A DNA stretch of 26,156 nucleotides, taken from a bacterium. Lineage in GTDB: Bacteria; Bacteroidota; Ignavibacteria; UBA10030. The number at the start of each line of letters is the position of its first letter. Within the stretch, counting starts at the first letter, position 1. The position numbers and the translations under genes were made by a program. The notes under the pieces were generated by a model. That model was not told where the DNA came from, made no database searches, and was given only the letters and a program-made list of their open reading frames with translations. Positions 19,301 through 23,754 of this stretch are shown here, one piece after another. Location of the stretch: assembly GCA_043803945.1 (NCBI GenBank), contig JAZDJN010000067.1, positions 1 to 26,156 on the forward strand. Direction: 5' to 3'.

Positions 19301-21998
19301 CATAGGAGCGCTGCCGCAAATCTATTCCTCCAATTTTGATACGCTCGAAATTGCCGTTGGAGCAAGCGGACGCGCAGTTGCCTCGGGCATCCTCAGCTCT
19401 TCGCAAATGTTCTTAACGACCGGCACATACGATCCGGGTGTGTTCGGACATACGATCGTCAATAACTTTATTCTCTCTAATGGCACAACGTTGCTGGTTC
19501 GGGGTGCAGAATTTGTAACGAATTACAGCAAGGTCCCGACGAATGTCGGTGCATCCAGTGCCGTTGAGTATAGCAGTAGTGCAATCCAGACGATCAACTC
19601 GACATTTACGTATGGGAAACTTCGACTCGAGGGCGGCGGCTCCAACGCGAAAAGCGCAGGTGGAGCATTGACGGTGTTGGATAGTACGATCATCAGTTCA
19701 GGCTCGACGTTTAACGGTGTATCGTACAACCATCGGATACGCGGAACCTGGAGGAATGAAGGTACCTACGTCTCCAGCACGGGCACCATCACACTTAATG
19801 GAACTGCTGCACAAACGATCGCCGGAACGAGTGCCACCTCCTTCAATAATCTGGTGATGAACAATACCGCAGGTTTAACGATCAGCACAAGTCCCACCGT
19901 CATCGGTACCTTGACCTTCACGAGTGGCACGATCAACACTGGATCGAACAAGATTACCATTGCTGCGTCGGGAGTAGTGTCACGGACCAGCGGTCATGTA
20001 GTCGGCAACTTCGAAAAATATATTGCCGCCGGTGCAACCACCAGGACATTCGAGATTGGCGATGCAACGAATTATACTCCTGCACAGATTGCTTTTTCGA
20101 GTGTCTCCACAGGTGGCTACCTCACCGCCCGCACAGACCCTGGAGATCATGCCGATATCGCGAACTCTGGAATTGATCCTGCCCTCAGTATCAACCGGAC
20201 ATGGACAGTGACAAATAACGGAATCAGCTTCACGACGTATGGTGCGACATTTACATTCGTTCCGGGTGATCTCGATGGCGGTGTTGTTACGGGTGACATT
20301 GTTCTTGCCAAACTGGATGGCATAACCTGGACCAGCCCGACGATGGGTACTGTTACAGCGACGACTATGCAGGCGACAGGGATTACTGGCTTCAGCAAAT
20401 TCCAGGGGGGCAATCCGAGTGTTGCCGATTTCACCTCGATCACAACAGGCAATTGGAATTCCGCTTCGACCTGGGATAAAAATAGAGTCCCGAAGAAAAA
20501 TGATAGAGTCACCATTGCGGCATCGCACACAGTAACGTTGACGGATGCCAGGGAGATAACAAATTTGAGCGTGGCTGCTACTGGTGAATTTGCCATTGGC
20601 ACAAATACGCTGACCGTTTGGGGCAATATTATCCTGAATGGAACCTGGAGCGGCAGCGGTATGATCGATTGGAGAAACAACGGTACATCACTGGGTGGCA
20701 CCGGCACGACGAGCGGCACGCCCATGCTTCAGGCCAATGGCGATAAATCCATTGATGTTTCTGCAACCCTCACACTCTTCCGCATTGATATACCTGCTGC
20801 AAACGCCGTGACAAATAACGGGGCAATTCAGCTTACACGCCTGACAGGCGGGGTTGCGGGGTCTACCTGGATCAATGCCGCTGGTTCAAGCTTATCAGTT
20901 ATTCAAGATCTTCTGACAACCGGTACACTCACGACCCTTGGTGTGGGGAATACACTCACCTACAGTGGTAACACGGCACAGACGGTTAAAGCTATCACAT
21001 ATCAGAATATTGCATTCAGCGGTTCAGGTACTAAAACTCTTTCTGCCGATCTGACTGTACAGGGAGATTTCATAAACTCGTCAACGGTATCAGTCGGAAC
21101 ACATTCATTGTCTATAAGTGGTACAAGGACAAACTCCGGAACAGTCCAGTTTGCGGGGGCGGCGAATGGAGTGCTCTTTACGGATGGTACGGTAGAGTAT
21201 AACGGCACGAGTGTTACTCAAACAATTGCGAGCGGTATATACAACAACCTCACACTCAGCGGATCGGTAGGAAAGACTGCCGGCGGCGATGTAACTGTTA
21301 ATGGGAATTTCAACAACTCCGTTACGACTTCGGTAGGCAATTCTCTTCTTGTAATATCCGGTACGAAGACAAATAGTGGCACAATGCAATTTGCCGGTGC
21401 GAGTAATGGCATCTTGTTCGCAGATGGCACAGTTGAATACAACGGAACTACTTTAGCACAAACAATCACCATCGGGACGTATAATAATCTCACACTCAGC
21501 GGCACAACCTCTAAAGCAATTCCGGCAGGGACATTAGGGATTGCTGGAATATTCACGGTATCGGGAGTCTCTGTCGATGCTACATCGAATAATTCGACGA
21601 TAGACTATTTTGGCAATGGCGCTCAGTCTATTGCCGCAATCGCCTATCATCATCTGACACTGAGAAATAGCGGAACTAAAACTTTTTCCTCAGGGACAAC
21701 TTACATCGGTGGTAACCTAACGATCAGCGCTCCTGCCGCTGCCAATGCAACGACAAATTCGTCAACGATTGAGTATAACGGTACAACGAGCCAGTCAATT
21801 GCCGGTATGACGTACCATCTGCTCAACTTCTCAGGCAGCGGATTAAAAACTCTTTCAGCAACGATGACTGTAAACTCTCACCTGACTGTCAATGCAGGTG
21901 CATCTGTGCTGGTCACCAACACAGGTCTTATCAATCTTCAGGGTGATTTGTTGAATGATGGATATTTCAGAAATGATGGAACGATAATTCCATTTTAG
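7302..21998 (+). CDS. Giant secreted repeat protein (4898 aa), predicted beta-helix/beta-sandwich modular adhesin or filament terminal subunit
   Basis: Uninterrupted 14.7-kb ORF. Hydrophobic signal region ends ALG|Q (Q at 7509); the exact start is uncertain. Thr/Ser/Gly/Asn-rich. Six G8-like W-x-x-x-x-T-W...P...D-x-V-x-I heads and recurring Y-x-G-x-x-Q...Y-x-x-L-x-LSG-x-G-x-K motifs. Confidence 0.9.
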   Translation: MVRRRSISPTQDRRSAATHREAVWLIGLVLSLIENLLERFSRSTTLSRRSLLPFVLLLFVLGMTAEALGQAVFQANAGGGLWNNSGTWTLASGTDADGIPDADDQVTIAGGNLAVTLNGNEACSSLLVQNTGANSTSTRLEIGSYTLAVAGNVTITGGGGNGSKIAQINVGNGILIVSGNLTISAVKGSELNLNLGTSTLNISGSMTGGTNAVLNAGTASTVNLNGTSAQTLNLVDFIFANVTLNNSAGVTANAAITATNITGDLRVETGTFASGGFAIAGNGAKTFEVAGNASFITTTVNPSAFPTGFSISLNANSTVDYAGLTGTTQTVSDQTYGNLKLSGGGTKSAGSAISVAGTLTQTEATTTATLSGTTGHDLTVGKFDLQAGSFNDNGRTITVTGTGSAVWTKAGTFNPTGTTIFTGAAPQIGASNFAALQINVGSGNSALANGILTVTNFALLSGTFNPGLFAHTISTNFSLGSGSTLLVRTALFTGNYSKNPTSVANGSTVDYQGTNSSLANFTHSNLIVSGSITGSSNATVDGAFTVTGSFTPSVGAVRLGNSTIVNSGTLQFRGLELTAGAFVQSSSNFLIDSAMTLLSGASFSPTGTITLNNGVTLANAGTMIFHNLTLNSGALIANTDYSVNGTLSGAGTFNATAGTVTFGNLSSLTISGLSFQNLTFSGAVTANVDMTVKGTLTIGGAGVFNPSSGTVTIPAGGSIVNSGSLSFNNLNTSGTGSVTMNTSFTLKNSFTNMSTITINQTSGVLTTISGASINNSGSLTLSNVTIGGTTTANGTVTVNGAVTLNGNLTVSGGALIMGSSATTNGTFDIIGGVRRGGFIIGTTYSFGNPFTTLTFDTGGTLPDSITYTIQIGSAPVEKTDAVQRSYSIAILNGSGYSASFHLHYRHGELNGNSESAMYLYRKNGSVYQPAGRSAFNTTDDWIGLNNVSTIAGDWAIANKPAHIFTASNDGAWNNPATWGLSGTPSEGETYPGPVDSAYIGNDFEVALTGNHSAYFVSVNAPGNSGTTLLDIGTFSLSIGGTGLNIEGNDADDRIARVRVAGGTLSVSDNIRFIASTDARVVLDISSGASTLNIGRAMVKNTAGTFSPGISSTVVFNGSSAQSINLSGFTYANVTVNNNAGISLLGNVTSANIAGNLRVVGGTLNNNGYSINGDPLKTFEVANGATFILGSTSAFPTGFGTVSLGATSTVNYNGTNQTISEELYGNLTLGGSGSKTIQSPLAIQRTLHQTGTTTSSLSSTSGYDIIVGKVLIDGGTFIDNGRTIEVTGTGSGTWTKTGGTYTANGTTVFSGSAPEIGASNFSTLQIYVGSGNVATAVGALTPNTLTLTSGTFDPGLYTHTVSSNLSIEGGSKLLVRSALYSGNYSLIPTMIQSGSTIEYTATGATVAAVSPEQYENLTISGTVTGASTATVNSTFLVSGTFTPSGGTITFGNGSSLSGTGTTQFSSLSIANSATVTASNVFSVGGTLSVGSGASFSPSNTVTLNSATIVNSGTLTFQNVSLIGTVTANTSFTLSGSMSGAGTLNATSGTITFGNGSSLATSGSVSFNNLTINGTVVANTSFGVKGTLSVNAGGVLNPTSGTVTLSNGSSISNSGTLSFKNLSSSGTVNINSNFTLKGTFTNTGTINQTSGIFSTAAGAVMNNSGTLSLNNLTIGGATTLNDNATVSGTLTLDANLTVVGDSLTMSSSAVTGGTADVIGRIRRTPFTTGTAYTFGNQYTTITFNSATVLPSSIVVKAAIGSSPIEKSDAVHRYYEITETGGSGFNATLRLHYLDSELNSNSEGILSLWKKSGTTYVEEGNISRDQTANWIEQSAVDTLTTTWTLAVETPTGFTAATDGFWDAPATWGLTGTPQEGVNYPGVNDNVNISNNYTVTLRANQSAKKIILVSAGANGTSTLAVGSYTLTVGTGGIELRGGRQNGRKVLITVGGGILNIAGNIFIDAKSIAQAQIDLTGGVGSRINITGDISRNDDNDGALTFNSTGIINFNGTSGGQTLDVTGSIYANIYLNNTSSAGVVLDGAITTVNVIGDIRLQSGTFNTNGFANAGNTGKTFELTNGTTLYLSGVSTFPTGFTPSIGSTSTINYSGGAQTISDQAYGHLTLSGTGAKTINSSISVTGNFTYSATATTSLSATAGQNLTASMFTLSAGTFIDSGRTITVTGTGGQVWTKTGGTFTATGIVNITGAAAQIGSSNFATLSINVGIGNTALANGALSTATFTLTTGAFDPGTHTHTISGSFTVGDGTTLLVRTTTFPGNYSSNPTTQPGSIIEYTNAAASISNAFTYRNLKISGNVTGAASATVIEQFIVSGSFTPATGKMIFNNGASIVNSGAVTFRKLQISNSATVTTASSFSITDSLIVGQNAIFQPSGTVSFVTSGSIDVNPTLLNEGILTFNNLSISAPVHTSSSFTIGGTLDILVNGELNPTGGTTTMTGGSSIVNSWILSFYKLRITGSVTANTNFSVKDSLIVSASGTLQQTSGTVTLENGAKVGNSGSLTFYTLSIAGAVSANTSFSIASSLSVTSSGNLTSTAGTVTMNSGTSISNLGTLNLNNLTIAGGTITGNNNFSMQGVLQLDGNLAMGSNTFEFGSTATSGGTGDVTGRVKRAHVFTASTAYAFGSQYTTVTFTSLTSAPGSITINIIKGSTPPEKVDAIQRYYDITSSGGTYAATLRLRYLTGELNGNDASTLSLWAKVGVSSYADSGKTTNDLVNNWVEDAGITSIVGTWTLSRQNPIGFTAVATGNWNDPATWGRSGIPTEGVNYPGPSDSANIINNVTVTLTGNHSAKNLRVEAPTLDGTSRLDVGAYTLNVGSSGLKIAGGTSDARIATVTIASGKISVLGDVTLQGSSAVRSVLDMSLGANSILEVGGSLSKSGSPTFTPGSSGIVNFNGTTAGQIVNVTSFVYTNLRLNNTSGSGVTLSAAITGTNVTGDVRVQSGIFTNSGYAITGNSGKTFEVANGASFYLTGSSAFPTGFGSISLGSTSTVNYSGGSQSISNQSYGNLTLSGTGNHNITSSLSAAGTLTYSSSGATSLSGTAGHNVTAAKFNQTSGTFNVNSRTITITGTGASTWSKTGGTFAATGEVIFTGSAPEIGASNFDLLRINLASGGVATATGILSATNFYLTSGTFDPGTSLHTITTNFTLAAGTTMKVKTSTFGGNYSKAPTTITTGSTIEYTNTTSTLATLTSPTYSNLKVSGTVTGSSIASINDTLIVSGTVINPGGTITLNNGGRIRVDGGSLTFTNLTTAASATAGSASNFAVAGTLTVGAASTASFTGTVTMNGGSIISNTSGALTFGTLSISGTVTANTNYTISTALSVGLSGVLSPTSGTVIFSNTSSITNQGVLELYDATFSGITSTSSNFSVKNAFSVSASSSFAASGGTVSMLSSSSITNSGTLTFSGLRIDAGTVTSSSSFSISGLLTVASGATFNPAAPCTITMNNGASITRDGTSTFTNLAIAAGTVTGNTNLAVSGTLTLNGTLAMGSNILDLTAATAAIAGTGDVTGNVRRQHAFASSTSYAFGNQFTTLNFASGTLPTSITFTIALGTAPAEKTDAIQRKYSVSVTGGSGYSATLRLHYLDTELNGNTSSTLTLWNKSGASYADQGRTGSVDETNKWVEKASLTSLIGDWTLANQPSVGFTATVTGNWNTPATWSLTGSPQEGVNYPGPTDIVNVNGGFTVTLTANHSAQRVNITGTIAGAAIINVGANTLSVGSGGITLTGGSTDARYACINVDGGTLNVTGNIVYSTGIAARAVVNLGGVGGSAASTMNLGGVMSKSTAGTFTPGSASVVNYNSSALNQTVDVINFTYANLHINNMNASGASLNAAVTAVNVTGNLRVQSGQFSNSGFGIAGNPTMTLEVAAGATLKLTGTSTFPTGFGTISLNAASTVEYNGGAQTVTNQSYGNLILSGNGSKTIASALNVGGRFTYNSSAATSLAAGGLTTSKFTLASGTFSANSAKITVTGTGDSVWIKSGGTFTATGKVSFIGALPQIYSSNFDTLEIAVGASGRAVASGILSSSQMFLTTGTYDPGVFGHTIVNNFILSNGTTLLVRGAEFVTNYSKVPTNVGASSAVEYSSSAIQTINSTFTYGKLRLEGGGSNAKSAGGALTVLDSTIISSGSTFNGVSYNHRIRGTWRNEGTYVSSTGTITLNGTAAQTIAGTSATSFNNLVMNNTAGLTISTSPTVIGTLTFTSGTINTGSNKITIAASGVVSRTSGHVVGNFEKYIAAGATTRTFEIGDATNYTPAQIAFSSVSTGGYLTARTDPGDHADIANSGIDPALSINRTWTVTNNGISFTTYGATFTFVPGDLDGGVVTGDIVLAKLDGITWTSPTMGTVTATTMQATGITGFSKFQGGNPSVADFTSITTGNWNSASTWDKNRVPKKNDRVTIAASHTVTLTDAREITNLSVAATGEFAIGTNTLTVWGNIILNGTWSGSGMIDWRNNGTSLGGTGTTSGTPMLQANGDKSIDVSATLTLFRIDIPAANAVTNNGAIQLTRLTGGVAGSTWINAAGSSLSVIQDLLTTGTLTTLGVGNTLTYSGNTAQTVKAITYQNIAFSGSGTKTLSADLTVQGDFINSSTVSVGTHSLSISGTRTNSGTVQFAGAANGVLFTDGTVEYNGTSVTQTIASGIYNNLTLSGSVGKTAGGDVTVNGNFNNSVTTSVGNSLLVISGTKTNSGTMQFAGASNGILFADGTVEYNGTTLAQTITIGTYNNLTLSGTTSKAIPAGTLGIAGIFTVSGVSVDATSNNSTIDYFGNGAQSIAAIAYHHLTLRNSGTKTFSSGTTYIGGNLTISAPAAANATTNSSTIEYNGTTSQSIAGMTYHLLNFSGSGLKTLSATMTVNSHLTVNAGASVLVTNTGLINLQGDLLNDGYFRNDGTIIPF
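7518..20429 (+). repeat. Five diverged tandem protein modules within the giant ORF
   Basis: Module heads at 7518 (FQANAGGGLWNNSGTW), 10191 (FTASNDGAWNNPATW), 12849 (FTAATDGFWDAPATW), 15552 (FTAVATGNWNDPATW) and 18258 (FTATVTGNWNTPATW), with a sixth head at 20430 (FTSITTGNWNSASTW). Spacings are 891, 886, 901, 902 and 724 aa. Confidence 0.9.
21000..21479 (+). repeat. Tandem 240-bp (80-aa) duplication in the C-terminal region of the giant ORF
   Basis: ISGTRTNSGTVQFAGAANGVLFTDGTVEYNGT versus ISGTKTNSGTMQFAGASNGILFADGTVEYNGT. Unit-initial Tyr codons fall at 21000, 21240 and 21480. Confidence 0.85.
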
Positions 21999-22070
21999 GT
22001 GATCGAACTATGAAAAAAGAATTTGAGATCAACTCATATGAATAGATTCATTACGGAGAGGAGTACTTCC

Positions 22071-23462
22071 ATGAAAACCTTCTTATCTCACAGAGTGAGC
22101 AAAGCAACCCCATTGTTTTTGTTGCTCACACTTGCTCTAAAAGTGGGATTCGCACAAGGAGTATTGAAGAATAACGGTACGTTCGTTAACACCGGTACCT
22201 CGACTTATACCCGGATTGAAAATTTCAAGACATCAGCAGGAACAATTCTCAATTCGGGTACGCTGAACAGCACCACGACATTTCTCAATCAAAGCGGTGG
22301 ATTAAACGGAAAAGTACTCAATTATATTGGCTCGGGTGGTGGGACGATTAATGTCACCACTAATCTCGATAACAACGCAGCCGGAGCGATCTTTGATAAT
22401 GATAGTCTGACACTTTCAACGGTATTGCGTGTTGGTGGATCCATTACGAATGCAGGGACATTCGATACAGACACAGGGAAAGTAGAGTACAATGGAGCCG
22501 GTGTGCAGACTATTATTGCTACAACGTATGGGGCTCTCGTCACGAGCAATGCAAGCGCGAAATCAATTGCCTCTGGAACGACGACCGTGAGGGATTCCAT
22601 ACGTATCGCCGGTTCGTCAAGCATCGTAACGAGTACTAATACTCTTTCTTTTAGTGGAGCGACTTTTACACTGCAAGGAACAGGCGCCCTGGATGCATCG
22701 TCCGGTACAGTGAATTATTCCGGTGACCGAGACCAGCAGATTATCGCCGGTACATACGGCACACTGATCACTTCCGGCTCAACGACTGCAAGAACGAAGA
22801 CAGCCACCGGTAATGTGACACTCAGTGCTTCCGGTTCCCTGACAGTGGGGAACAATGATACTCTCAGTGTAACAGGGAATCTGAATCTTTCCGCTGCGGG
22901 TGTGACGCTAACGAATAACAATGTCATCAAGATGGGTGGTAATGCGACATTTGTTGGTACGATTACTAGTGTCGGGTCATTCTACTATGCCGGTTCGGGT
23001 TCACAGAACATTGGTACAAATACTTACGCAACTCTTCGGCTGGGTGGCAGCAGCACAAAGACATTTCCTAACGGGACTGTGGCAGTCACGAGTAATTATA
23101 CGATTGACAATGGGAGTGGCAGCCGGGATTACACTTCCAATACGAGCACCTTCCAATTTGCAGGAACCAGCGGTACACAGACGATCTCCGGGCTCTCCGA
23201 AACATTTTACATACTTCAGTTTGCCGGTGCGGCCACGAAACCGATTTCAGGGACATCGCTTGGAGCGGCACGGCTTGATATTCTCGCCACCAGCGGGCTC
23301 GTCACGAATAACGTAACCACGATGACGTTGACTAATATTTCTAACATTAGCATGACGGTAGCTTCTGGAGCATCATTCCAGAACAACCAGGCGATTTTAT
23401 TTAACGGTGATATCGAAAACGATGGAGTCTTTACAAACGCAGGTACGGTTACAGCTAACTAA
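22071..23462 (+). CDS. Secreted beta-helix repeat protein related to the C-terminal region of the giant protein
   Basis: ATG 22071 follows GAGGAG (22058-22063); signal peptide ends GFA|Q. Repeats VEYNGAGVQTIIATTYGAL, VNYSGDRDQQIIAGTYGTL and YYAGSGSQNIGTNTYATL. Ends GDIENDGVFTNAGTVTAN. Confidence 0.85.
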   Translation: MKTFLSHRVSKATPLFLLLTLALKVGFAQGVLKNNGTFVNTGTSTYTRIENFKTSAGTILNSGTLNSTTTFLNQSGGLNGKVLNYIGSGGGTINVTTNLDNNAAGAIFDNDSLTLSTVLRVGGSITNAGTFDTDTGKVEYNGAGVQTIIATTYGALVTSNASAKSIASGTTTVRDSIRIAGSSSIVTSTNTLSFSGATFTLQGTGALDASSGTVNYSGDRDQQIIAGTYGTLITSGSTTARTKTATGNVTLSASGSLTVGNNDTLSVTGNLNLSAAGVTLTNNNVIKMGGNATFVGTITSVGSFYYAGSGSQNIGTNTYATLRLGGSSTKTFPNGTVAVTSNYTIDNGSGSRDYTSNTSTFQFAGTSGTQTISGLSETFYILQFAGAATKPISGTSLGAARLDILATSGLVTNNVTTMTLTNISNISMTVASGASFQNNQAILFNGDIENDGVFTNAGTVTAN

Positions 23463-23467
23463 CGATG

Positions 23468-23754
23468 AACATTCACAACAATATGAAAGGAGGTTCCTAT
23501 GCGAACCGATCAATGCAGACCGCCTTAGGTCAAGGGGAGTCAGCTTCAGCGTTGCTCTCTGAGCAAGAGCAATGTATCTATTCACTATTAATTATTTACT
23601 CGCCTAAAGGTAACGCATGGCGGGCAAGCTATTCACAATTTCAAAAGGAGCTACAACAATGTCGTACAAACAAGAAACACCACAGGGAAAAAGCAACAAG
23701 CATTCACAATTCACCCACAATTCACAAACACATTCTAAAAGGAGTACAGTCATG
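23468..23754 (+). promoter_or_regulatory. Leader region with three ATTCACAA...AAAGGAG...ATG units
   Basis: Units end in ATG at 23499, 23659 and 23752, each 7-8 nt after an AAAGGAG. ATTCACAA or close variants occur at 23471, 23580, 23631, 23702 and 23720. Confidence 0.55.

Noticed and set aside
21700-21998. Autotransporter barrel or T9SS CTD at the giant's C-terminus (ends in Phe)
   Set aside because: Beta-helix repeats continue to the stop. There is no ~280-aa amphipathic barrel and no YPNP...G.Y...K-type CTD pattern.
7420-23316. Many minus-strand and alternate-frame ORFs inside the repeat proteins (e.g. 7733-8254, 11471-12223)
   Set aside because: These are Val/Pro-rich antisense shadows of Thr/Gly/Asn codons in the real genes, with no independent motifs.
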